From an uncultured Clostridia bacterium (lineage in GTDB: Bacteria; Bacillota; Clostridia; TANB77; CAG-508), in contig CANRML010000002.1 in assembly GCA_947631725.1 (NCBI GenBank), forward strand, positions 1-33,624: 33,624 nt of DNA, read 5' to 3'. A program made the translations under genes and the position numbers. Positions 8,951 to 16,956 of the stretch are shown in pieces. Below the pieces are notes generated by a model, which ran no database searches, was not told the DNA's origin, and saw only the letters and a list, made by a program, of their open reading frames with translations. Every line of letters starts with the position of its first letter. Position 1 is the first letter of the stretch.

Positions 8951-9976
8951 TTATATATAAAATTCTTTGTACCATTCTGCAAATTTTCTTAATCCATCTC
9001 TTAATGAAGTATTTGGTTTAAATCCAAAATCTCTTTCTAATGGTGTAGTGTCAGCATATGTAACAGGAACATCTCCTGGTTGCATTGCTACTAATTCTTT
9101 ATGTGCTTCAAAATCATAATCTTCTGGCAAAACTCCTGCTTTAATTAGTTCTTCTTGTAATATCTGAACGAAATCTAATAAATTCTCTGGGTTTGAATTT
9201 CCAATATTATAAATCTTGTATGGTGGAATTGGTAATCCGTCTTTTCCATCTTCTTTTTTTGGAGCTTTTTTCATTACTCTCACTATTCCTTCAACAATGT
9301 CATCTATATATGTAAAATCTCTTTTACAATTTCCGTAATTAAATATTTTTATCGTTTCGCCATTTATTAATTTATTTGTAAAACCAAAATATGCCATATC
9401 AGGTCTACCCGCTGGTCCATAAACTGTAAAGAATCTTAATCCAGTTGATGGTATGTTATATAGTTTTGAATAACTATGTGCTAGCAATTCGTTTGATTTC
9501 TTTGTTGCTGCATAAAGTGATACAGGATTGTCCACTTTATCATCAGTTGAAAATGGCACTTTTGTATTTCCTCCGTAGACAGATGAGCTTGAAGCATATA
9601 CTAAATGCTCTACTGGATAATGTCTACAGCACTCTAAAATATTATAAAATCCTATTATATTAGATTCTATATATACATCCGGATTTATTATGCTATACCT
9701 AACCCCTGCTTGAGCAGCTAAATTAACAACAATCTCAGGTTTATATTCTTTAAAAATATTTTCTATAAGTTCTTTGTCAGCTAGATTTCCTTTTACAAAT
9801 ATAAAATTATTGAATTTTTTTAATTCTTTTAATCGATATTCTTTTATGTTGACATCGTAATAATCGTTCATATTATCTAAGCCAATAACCTTTGATTCTT
9901 TTTCATCTTTTAAAATTCTCTTTGCAAGGTTTGAACCTATGAAGCCTGCAGCTCCAGTAATTAAATATGTTTTCAT
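8951..9976 (-). CDS. NAD-dependent extended-SDR epimerase, most like UDP-glucuronate 4-epimerase
   Basis: Contains GAAGFIGS, the catalytic YAATKKSNE (YxxxK) and a length of about 340 aa. It lies immediately upstream of ugd. The substrate assignment (UDP-GlcA to UDP-GalA) is inferred from family resemblance and context. Confidence 0.75.
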   Translation of the reverse strand: MKTYLITGAAGFIGSNLAKRILKDEKESKVIGLDNMNDYYDVNIKEYRLKELKKFNNFIFVKGNLADKELIENIFKEYKPEIVVNLAAQAGVRYSIINPDVYIESNIIGFYNILECCRHYPVEHLVYASSSSVYGGNTKVPFSTDDKVDNPVSLYAATKKSNELLAHSYSKLYNIPSTGLRFFTVYGPAGRPDMAYFGFTNKLINGETIKIFNYGNCKRDFTYIDDIVEGIVRVMKKAPKKEDGKDGLPIPPYKIYNIGNSNPENLLDFVQILQEELIKAGVLPEDYDFEAHKELVAMQPGDVPVTYADTTPLERDFGFKPNTSLRDGLRKFAEWYKEFYI

Positions 9977-9989
9977 TTTTCCCCCTCTT

Positions 9990-10769
9990 TTATTTTAATC
10001 CAAGAAGTAATTTTTCTTTTAATGATAATTTGAATAAACTTGGATCTTCTATGTCTATCTGTTCATTTTGCAATACTAATTTAGGATTTATTGTAGTTAA
10101 TTCTTTTAGTTTTTCTTTTCCAATTATTTTTTCTAGTTCTTGCAATATTATAGGTATTTTAGGATATACAGTATTTTGCCTATGTACATCACTTCCTAAA
10201 AAATGTATCATATTATTTTCTAAGAATTTTTTAACAATAAATTGTGCCTTTCTACCATATTGTCCAATAATACTACCATAATTTGCTTGCATATATACAC
10301 CCTTTTGAATTAAGTCATATATTAGCTCTGGTTCCCTTTGTACAAAAGAATATCTTTCTGGATGTGCTAATATTGGTATTATTTCATATTGTAGCATTTC
10401 ATAAATCACATCATATAAATTTAAAGGTTCTGCATTTAATGGCATTTCGAAAAGAACATAGTTTGTTTCATTTATTGTAGATGCTTTTCCCTCTTTCAAC
10501 AGATTTATTATGTTCTCTGAAAAATAAATTTCGTTTCCCAAATATAATCTAATATCTAAATTTTGTTCTTGTAATTTTTCATATATAGCATTAACCCAAA
10601 CCTCACGCTCTGCATTATCTGTTTCATAATATCCTTCCATATAGTGAGAAGTTGAAATAATACCTTTGAACCCTGCTTTTTTTGCTTCTTTTATCAAGTG
10701 AAATGTTTCTTCAACACTTTTCGCTCCGTCATCAATATTTGGTAATATGTGTGAATGTATATCTATCAT
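9990..10769 (-). CDS. ywqE: CpsB/CapC/YwqE(PtpZ)-type PHP-fold protein-tyrosine phosphatase
   Basis: Diagnostic N-terminus MIDIHSHILPNIDDGA, then STSH, AHPERY and GSDVH metal-binding motifs in a protein of about 255 aa. Confidence 0.9.
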   Translation of the reverse strand: MIDIHSHILPNIDDGAKSVEETFHLIKEAKKAGFKGIISTSHYMEGYYETDNAEREVWVNAIYEKLQEQNLDIRLYLGNEIYFSENIINLLKEGKASTINETNYVLFEMPLNAEPLNLYDVIYEMLQYEIIPILAHPERYSFVQREPELIYDLIQKGVYMQANYGSIIGQYGRKAQFIVKKFLENNMIHFLGSDVHRQNTVYPKIPIILQELEKIIGKEKLKELTTINPKLVLQNEQIDIEDPSLFKLSLKEKLLLGLK

Positions 10770-10783
10770 AGTTAATTCTCCTT

Positions 10784-11863
10784 TTAACTATTTAAATTCT
10801 TCTTTTCTTGGTCTATATATTCATTTATTTGTCTCAAAATGTCATTTGTCTTGTTCATGCCATCAGGAACTTCTTTATTATTTTCTAAGTTAGTTGAAAC
10901 ATTAGGTGTTCCTTCATTTAATGCATTAGCCTCTTTTTCTTGTTCTTGATTACTGTTTTGATTTAAAACATCATTTATATTGTCGACTTCAACAGGAATT
11001 TCATTATTATTTTCTTCTAAATTTGTAAATATATTAGTAGATTTTTCTTGTTGATTGTTATCTTGTATACCAACTGGAATATCCATTATTTCTGCAGTTG
11101 GTATACTTTTATTCTTAGTTATAGATGATTTTCGTGGTGTTTGTGGATTTCTTTTAGGTTTTTCATTGAAGGAACTTGTAGAGCCATAATAATATGACTG
11201 TTCATATTTCTTTGCAGATATTGCTACTTTATTTAAAACTACACCTGCTATTTTTCCTCCAACTTTTTGAATATTATCAACAATTCTTCGTAAATCTTCT
11301 TTTTTTGTTTGATTGCTTGCTGTTACGATTACTGTTGAATCTACCATTCTAGTTAAAATTAAAGAGTCTGTAACTAATTGTGTTGGTGGTCCATCTAATA
11401 TTACAATGTCTGACAGTTGTTTTAATTGTTCAATTAAATTTATCATTGCTTCTGAAATTAATAATTCAGATGGATTTGGTGGAACATTTCCAGCTGGCAT
11501 AAGGTATAATCCTTCTATTTCTGTTGGTCTTAAGTAGTTTGATAAATCTAGTTTTCCATCCTCTTCACTATAATCTGCTAAATAATTAGAAAGTCCTGGT
11601 CTTGGTGTAGTTCCAAATATTTTATACTGTCTACCTTTTCTCATATCTGCATCAACTAAAATAACTTTTTTTCCAGCTTGTGCAAAAGTAACAGCTAGGT
11701 TAGAAGATATCCAGCTTTTTCCTTCACTTGGCAATGTTGAAGTAACTAAAAGTGTTTGTAATTTATTTCTATTATTCATAAATTGTATATTTGTTCTTAA
11801 AGTTCTAAATATTTCGGAAATAGTTGATTTAGGATCTTCTTGTGTTATTAATTCTTTTTTCAT
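10784..11863 (-). CDS. ywqD: CpsD/CapB/YwqD(PtkA)-type bacterial tyrosine (BY) autokinase with a 129-aa C-terminal extension
   Basis: Walker A SEGKS, Walker A' VDADMRKG, Walker B VILDGPP and a Tyr cluster YEQSYYYG at aa 220-226. An N/Q/E-rich tail follows to aa 359. Confidence 0.9.
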   Translation of the reverse strand: MKKELITQEDPKSTISEIFRTLRTNIQFMNNRNKLQTLLVTSTLPSEGKSWISSNLAVTFAQAGKKVILVDADMRKGRQYKIFGTTPRPGLSNYLADYSEEDGKLDLSNYLRPTEIEGLYLMPAGNVPPNPSELLISEAMINLIEQLKQLSDIVILDGPPTQLVTDSLILTRMVDSTVIVTASNQTKKEDLRRIVDNIQKVGGKIAGVVLNKVAISAKKYEQSYYYGSTSSFNEKPKRNPQTPRKSSITKNKSIPTAEIMDIPVGIQDNNQQEKSTNIFTNLEENNNEIPVEVDNINDVLNQNSNQEQEKEANALNEGTPNVSTNLENNKEVPDGMNKTNDILRQINEYIDQEKKNLNS

Positions 11864-12594
11864 TATCTTCTACCTCCTTTTGACTTTGATTTTCCTTTTG
11901 TTTCTTGCAATGCTCCATAAACAGGTATTGAGACTAATACTGGTATTGTATCAAATAGCTTTTCAATATCTTCTGCTGCTTTTACAGTAGTATCTAGCAT
12001 GTTTAATATTAAAATATATGCAATTGCCACAACTAAGCCGATGAATAAAAATATAGCTACATCTCTTACATGATTAATATTTGAAGGAGATGTTTGTATT
12101 TCTGCTTCATCTATTACTTGAACGTTTTCAATATTATAAATTGCTTTTACTTTTTCTGAAAATACTTTTGTAATTTCATTTGCTATTTTTGCAGCATATG
12201 TTGGATTTTCATCTTTAACTGTAATTTCGATTAAATCAGACTCTTTTACCGTATTTACAGATACATTGTTTCTTAATGAATTAACATTAACATCAATTCC
12301 CAAGTTATTAATTACTTCTGTCAATATACTTTTTCTTTTTACCAATTCACTATATGTTGATACCAATTTTGAGTTTATAGTCAAATCGGTTGTTGTAATA
12401 GCATTAGAATTTTCTCCTGTTGTTGCAGTTCCTGAAGACGCTAAAATTAATGAAGCAGATGAGCTATAAATAGGTGTTACAAAACCTATTGTATAAATAA
12501 TACCAATTACCATAAAAATTAATACAATTAAAATAACCTGTAATCTTTTATTCCAAAAGATGTCAAATAATTCTTTTAAATCTAATTCTTCCAT
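11863..12594 (-). CDS. ywqC: Wzz/CpsC/YwqC(TkmA)-type transmembrane modulator of the BY-kinase
   Basis: Two TM helices flank an external loop of about 140 aa, and the C-terminus is basic (KGKSKSKGGRR). The stop overlaps the kinase start (TAATG at 11861-11865), the classic modulator-kinase coupling. Confidence 0.88.
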   Translation of the reverse strand: MEELDLKELFDIFWNKRLQVILIVLIFMVIGIIYTIGFVTPIYSSSASLILASSGTATTGENSNAITTTDLTINSKLVSTYSELVKRKSILTEVINNLGIDVNVNSLRNNVSVNTVKESDLIEITVKDENPTYAAKIANEITKVFSEKVKAIYNIENVQVIDEAEIQTSPSNINHVRDVAIFLFIGLVVAIAYILILNMLDTTVKAAEDIEKLFDTIPVLVSIPVYGALQETKGKSKSKGGRR

Positions 12595-12628
12595 TTACTT
12601 CCTCCTAAGTTTATTTTCATACTTTAAT

Positions 12629-12658
12629 ATTATAACATGTACATTGTATTTTTTTCAA
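12629..12658 (-). promoter_or_regulatory. Sigma-A-type promoter of the ywqC-like operon
   Basis: On the minus strand: TTGAAA (12653-12658), an 18-nt spacer, then TGT-TATAAT (12629-12634). This lies 35 nt upstream of the start codon and directly downstream of the preceding terminator. Confidence 0.5.
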
Positions 12659-12667
12659 TATATTTTT

Positions 12668-12693
12668 AAAAAAAGTCAGATTTTTTTCTGACC
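12668..12693 (-). terminator. Rho-independent terminator of the sortase cassette
   Basis: Stem GTCAGA (12675-12680) / TCTGAC (12687-12692). On the minus strand it is followed by seven U (plus-strand A run 12668-12674). The stem is short, so confidence is moderate. Confidence 0.55.
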
Positions 12694-12709
12694 TTTTAAT
12701 TCTTCTATT

Positions 12710-13564
12710 TTAATCAATATCACTTGACTTTTTTAAGTGTTTATATTTTTTTATGTTATGAATCAAATTAGCAATAATAGCTGTAAAAACTCCAAGTATT
12801 ACTAATCCACAGCCATAAAATAGTATATTTTTCATTACCTCTGATAATACATTTCGTAGTACACCTGAAATAGCATCATTTAAAATTACAATAGATTCTA
12901 CTTTTATTCTTGTAGTTATTAATTTATTAATTATTACTAAAAGTAGTCCTGAAGAAATAAATGATATTGCTGTAAATGTGAATATCCTATAAATTCTCCT
13001 TTTAGAAATTAGAATTAATAAAATTATGCTACAAGCCAAAGTCACTAATGATACTTTTTTTGCTAAATCAACAACCTTTGTGGCCTTTTTATATATAGAA
13101 TTTATATTTTCTTCATATCCAAAGTGTAATATAGTATTTGTATATTCATTTGCCATTGTATCAACTAATGTATTTAGTGCTTCTTTTTGTGTTATGTTTA
13201 AATCTGTATCTGCAAAAATTTTATTAATATTTGCATTTAAATTATCCTTAATAGATTGTTTATCAACTTCTTCTTCTAATCCATTATATATATGACTAAT
13301 AATAGTTTTTGTATCTTCTTCTATTTTTTGTTCTGTTACTATATTTTCTAATGCTGTTTCATCCAGTCCTGATTGATATATATAATTTTCTAAATTAGAT
13401 TTTACATCTTCATATATACTAGCATAATAGTTTGTTTCATCTAATTTGTTTAAAACATATTTTTCATTAAGTATAGTAGAAGAAATTAGTAAAACTAATA
13501 TTATTATAACAATAGATATAGTTAATAAAATTGATAATATGTATCTCATTGTTTGCTTTAACAT
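12710..13564 (-). CDS. Polytopic membrane protein, unknown family (third gene of the sortase cassette)
   Basis: 284 aa with one N-terminal TM helix, an external helical region of about 150 aa rich in N/E/K, and three C-terminal TM helices. I recognise no motif. Confidence 0.7.
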   Translation of the reverse strand: MLKQTMRYILSILLTISIVIIILVLLISSTILNEKYVLNKLDETNYYASIYEDVKSNLENYIYQSGLDETALENIVTEQKIEEDTKTIISHIYNGLEEEVDKQSIKDNLNANINKIFADTDLNITQKEALNTLVDTMANEYTNTILHFGYEENINSIYKKATKVVDLAKKVSLVTLACSIILLILISKRRIYRIFTFTAISFISSGLLLVIINKLITTRIKVESIVILNDAISGVLRNVLSEVMKNILFYGCGLVILGVFTAIIANLIHNIKKYKHLKKSSDID

Positions 13565-13580
13565 TTTACCTTTTCCTCCC

Positions 13581-14207
13581 CTATTTTTGTAGCTCTGAAT
13601 ACACTACATATCTTTGCTTTGTATAACCTATATTAATAAATGGATAACAAGTAAATACCATTAATATTTCTTTTTGTTTTTGAATTGGCATTTTTTCCAT
13701 TTCTGTTTCATTTATAATTTGCATATCATAAATTTTATAATTATATTCTCCATAAGAAGTTTTTACTGTTATCATATCATCTTTTCTTAGTTCTGAAAAT
13801 CTACGAAACATATTCTTTGTATTATGTCCCATATATATGACAGATCCACCTTCTCCTGGAAAATAACTATTGCTTAAGTGTCCAACACCTTTTTTTAAAA
13901 TGTCTAATCTTTCTCCAAAATATACTGGCAAATTAACATCGATTTTAGGAATTTCAATTGTTGCATATTGTTCTCCATATTTTGGATAATTTTCCATCCC
14001 ATTTTCTTCTGTTATAATTGTTGGTAGAGTTTCTGCTTTTGCATTTTCTTTATCAATTGCTATTTTACTCACTATTGATATCGTTTGTTCTATTTTAGCC
14101 CCATAAAATAGATAAATGATTCCTACAACAGCTATTGTAAAGCACAAAGCAACTATTATGTTAATAATAGTTGCTTTTACTGTTTTTTCAATAATTTTTT
14201 TATGCAT
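13581..14207 (-). CDS. Sortase (small single-TM type, class B/D-like)
   Basis: N-terminal TM anchor plus the catalytic triad in order: His in VIYMGHN, Cys in LMVFTCYPF (TLxTC-type), Arg in KQRYVVY. The start overlaps the upstream substrate gene by 8 nt (ATGCATAA). Confidence 0.88.
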   Translation of the reverse strand: MHKKIIEKTVKATIINIIVALCFTIAVVGIIYLFYGAKIEQTISIVSKIAIDKENAKAETLPTIITEENGMENYPKYGEQYATIEIPKIDVNLPVYFGERLDILKKGVGHLSNSYFPGEGGSVIYMGHNTKNMFRRFSELRKDDMITVKTSYGEYNYKIYDMQIINETEMEKMPIQKQKEILMVFTCYPFINIGYTKQRYVVYSELQK

Positions 14208-14712
14208 TAGCTATTTTTCTTCTTACTACAAAAACTGTAGCTAGGGCTAAAATTGCTACTGAAGAAACAACTAAAACTGTGCTTACATTACTTCCTGTAT
14301 AAGGTGCATCTGAATTTAATGGAACTTCATCAACTACTTCTCCATTTTTAGTAATTACAATGTTTCCATTTTTAACTGTCCATCCTGATCCTGGAATAAG
14401 GCTTGTAACTGTATCTGCGATTTCTGCTAATTTATTTCTGTCTTCTTGAGTTAATTTAGTAGGATCTGTAACACCAGCTTCTGTCATAATAGCATCTGCT
14501 TTTTTAGCTTCTGCTAATATTTGTTCAGCTTGTGTATCATCTAGTGAAAATGCTTTTACATTTCTTTCGATTCTAGCTTTGCTTATTCCATATTTTGATG
14601 CAATAGCATAAAGCTCATCTACTAAAGTTGCACTTGTTACAGCACTTACCATAGTTGTTGCTACAGTCATTACCATTACAAATAAAATTGCAATTGAAAT
14701 TAGTTTTTTCAT
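14200..14712 (-). CDS. Small secreted protein with a C-terminal cell-wall sorting signal (non-canonical motif APYTGS)
   Basis: Signal peptide MKKLISIAILFVMVMTVATTMVSA. The C-terminus reads ...LNSDAPYTGS, then a 22-aa hydrophobic stretch (NVSTVLVVSSVAILALATVFVV), then a basic tail RRKIANA. RBS AAAGGAGGAG. Confidence 0.8.
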   Translation of the reverse strand: MKKLISIAILFVMVMTVATTMVSAVTSATLVDELYAIASKYGISKARIERNVKAFSLDDTQAEQILAEAKKADAIMTEAGVTDPTKLTQEDRNKLAEIADTVTSLIPGSGWTVKNGNIVITKNGEVVDEVPLNSDAPYTGSNVSTVLVVSSVAILALATVFVVRRKIANA

Positions 14713-14744
14713 TTTAAAACTCCTCCTTTTGTTAAACTACTTGT

Positions 14745-14773
14745 ATTATAACATGTATATTTTTTTTATGCAA
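14745..14773 (-). promoter_or_regulatory. Sigma-A-type extended -10 promoter of the sortase cassette
   Basis: On the minus strand: TTGCAT (14768-14773), a 17-nt spacer, then TGT-TATAAT (14745-14750). It lies 33 nt upstream of ATG 14712. Confidence 0.6.
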
Positions 14774-14854
14774 TAGTTTTTTAAAAAAAATTTATTTTTT
14801 ATTTATATTAAAAAAGTCATAAGTGATTTTTGTCAAAATTTTTTCATTTTATGC

Positions 14855-16747
14855 TTACTTACTTTCTTTATATGTTGGTACAACATCTTTCATTGTCTTT
14901 TTTATTTCTTCTCTTTGTTCATTGTTGCAACTTTCTATCATTTTATTTAATTTTTTTAGTTTTTCATCTATGTTTTTCATTGTAATATCTGCTGGTGGTG
15001 CTATATAGATTTTATCATGTTTAGTTTGTTCTAGTCCTTCTTCTGCCATAAGTAGCTCTTCATATAGTTTTTCCCCTGGTCTTAATCCTGTTACTTTTAT
15101 TTGCATATCTACATTTGGTTCATATCCAGATAATCTTATTAATTTAACTGCCATATCATAAATTTTTACAGGCTCTCCCATATCTAGTACAAAAATTTCT
15201 CCACCTTTTGCATATGTCATTGCTTGCAATACAAGTGATACTGCTTCTGGTATTGTCATAAAAAATCTTGTTATATCTTTATGTGTTACAGTTACTGGTC
15301 CACCACTTGCAATTTGCTTTTTAAATAATGGTATAACTGATCCATTGCTTCCTAATACATTTCCAAAACGTACAGCAGCATATTCTGTTTTACTTTCTTT
15401 TGCTTTTGCTTGCACTATCATTTCACATAAACGTTTTGTTGCGCCCATTATGTTTGTTGGGTTAACTGCTTTATCAGTTGAAATCAATATGCATTTTTTT
15501 ACTTCATATTCATCTGAGCAGTTTACAACATTATATGTACCAAACACATTATTTTTTATTGCTTCTAATGGACTAGTTTCCATTAGTGGTACATGTTTAT
15601 GTGCTGCAGCATGGAATACTAAATATGGCTTAAATTCTTCAAAAATTTCATTTAATCTTTTTTTATCTCTTACACTTGCAACAATTGCATATATATTTTG
15701 ATTTGGATAATTGTATTTTAGCTCTTGCTCTATATCATATAAGTTATTTTCATAAATATCAACTATTACTAATTTTTTAGGATTGTATTTTATAATTTGT
15801 CTGCAAAGTTCTGAACCGATTGAGCCACCTCCACCAGTTACTAATACTACTTTGTTTTTTATTAATTTTACTATGTTTTTATTGTCTAATTCAATAGCAT
15901 CTCTTCCTAGTAAATCTTCTATTTCTACATTTCTAAAGCTATCCATCAAGCTTTTATTTTGAATTAGTTCTTTTGCTCCTGGCAATATTCTTACTTTGCA
16001 TCCAGTTTGTTGACAAATATTTAATATGTTTTTTCTTTCTTCATTTGAAATATTTGAAATAGTAAATAAAATTAATTCTATATTTTTTTCTTGACAGATT
16101 CTAATAATATCATTTCTTGTTCCTAAAATCTTAATTCCTGATACAGCATAATTTAATTTATTTATATTGTCATCAACTAATCCTACAACATTATATGTAT
16201 CTTTCATTGTTGATTTTAGTGTTTTTAATATTATTGTTGCTGCCTCTCCTGCCCCAATTATTAATACATTTTTCTTTAATTTGCCACCATCTTTTTGTAC
16301 TTTGTATCCTTCTGTTAATATAAGCCTTATGATTACTCTATAACTAACAATAGCTGTCATTATCATAAGCGCTGCCACCATATTTGTTCTAGTATTTGCT
16401 ATTGTATTTAATTTAAATGTTAATTTTAGTGTTGTTAATATTGTATATGATATTAAACAAGCTAAAACATATATTAAGTAATCATATCCTGTTTCATATC
16501 TTGTAATATTATCATATGTTTTAAATATATGTAGAACACATGAATACGTCATAATTGCTAGTAATATGGTATTTATCATTATTCTGTTTTCTTCTATATT
16601 AATAAAAACTTGATCATTAATTAAAATATATGCTGTATAGTATGCCATGACTACTATTATAACATCCATCAGCCTCAATATTACATTTCTATGTTTCTTT
16701 AATAAATTCAATGTTTTCCCCTTCTTTTTACAACGTTCAAATAACAT
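14855..16747 (-). CDS. Membrane-bound nucleotide-sugar 4,6-dehydratase, CapD/PglF/WbpM/EpsC family
   Basis: 630 aa with 4-5 N-terminal TM helices. Two Rossmann segments are present (IIGAGEAA and VTGGGGSIGSEL), along with a conserved SDR core (VLISTDKAVNPTNIMGATKR). Confidence 0.88.
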   Translation of the reverse strand: MLFERCKKKGKTLNLLKKHRNVILRLMDVIIVVMAYYTAYILINDQVFINIEENRIMINTILLAIMTYSCVLHIFKTYDNITRYETGYDYLIYVLACLISYTILTTLKLTFKLNTIANTRTNMVAALMIMTAIVSYRVIIRLILTEGYKVQKDGGKLKKNVLIIGAGEAATIILKTLKSTMKDTYNVVGLVDDNINKLNYAVSGIKILGTRNDIIRICQEKNIELILFTISNISNEERKNILNICQQTGCKVRILPGAKELIQNKSLMDSFRNVEIEDLLGRDAIELDNKNIVKLIKNKVVLVTGGGGSIGSELCRQIIKYNPKKLVIVDIYENNLYDIEQELKYNYPNQNIYAIVASVRDKKRLNEIFEEFKPYLVFHAAAHKHVPLMETSPLEAIKNNVFGTYNVVNCSDEYEVKKCILISTDKAVNPTNIMGATKRLCEMIVQAKAKESKTEYAAVRFGNVLGSNGSVIPLFKKQIASGGPVTVTHKDITRFFMTIPEAVSLVLQAMTYAKGGEIFVLDMGEPVKIYDMAVKLIRLSGYEPNVDMQIKVTGLRPGEKLYEELLMAEEGLEQTKHDKIYIAPPADITMKNIDEKLKKLNKMIESCNNEQREEIKKTMKDVVPTYKESK

Positions 16748-16810
16748 TATACAATATATTTACTAATTTGACAAGGTTTTTACTCATATTTTTTAGTGTA
16801 AAAATCTAAC

Positions 16811-16839
16811 ATATTATTTTTTTAAGAAATATTAGTCAA
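16811..16839 (-). promoter_or_regulatory. Candidate promoter of the capD-like gene
   Basis: On the minus strand: TTGACT (16834-16839), a 17-nt spacer, then TAATAT (16811-16816). It lies 64 nt upstream of the start. The -35 sits in one arm of a 12-bp inverted repeat. Confidence 0.4.
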
Positions 16840-16875
16840 ATTATTTTTGTCTGCAATAATAACTTGACTAATATT

Positions 16876-16922
16876 CATAAAAATAAGCCCAAATGTTAAA
16901 CAACTTTATTTAATATTTGGAC
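16876..16922 (-). terminator. Rho-independent terminator after the cadherin-like gene
   Basis: On the minus strand, GTCCAAATATTAAA (16909-16922) pairs with TTTAACATTTGGGC (16887-16900). The stem is 14 bp with one mismatch and one G-U, and it is followed by TTATTTTTATG. Confidence 0.7.
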
Positions 16923-16956
16923 TCACTTTGATTTTATTTAGTTTTATTTTTATATT

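Noticed and set aside
8929-8982. Longer N-terminal extensions given in the ORF track for ugd (8982), rpsP (29827), ffh (31193), the KH protein (29601), ylxM (31607) and the GH73-dockerin gene (19934).
   Set aside because: In each case a downstream ATG is preceded by a GGAGG-type RBS at proper spacing and restores the canonical family N-terminus. The track start is an upstream in-frame start, shown to be GTG or TTG in four of the six cases, that overlaps the RBS or the preceding gene.
12629-14775. The cpsC-like and sortase-cassette promoters share the 14-mer TACATGTTATAATA and a similar layout, which might indicate a shared regulatory element.
   Set aside because: Most of the identity is the consensus extended -10 (TGnTATAAT). 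A 14-nt match is expected by chance several times in an AT-rich 33-kb window. It is not convincing without conservation data.
7762-16747. An incomplete capsule (cps/eps) locus lacking glycosyltransferases, Wzx and Wzy.
   Set aside because: The gene set matches the ywqCDEF-type kinase/Ugd operon, plus an independent capD-like gene and an inserted sortase cassette. The absence of GT/Wzx/Wzy is therefore expected, not anomalous.
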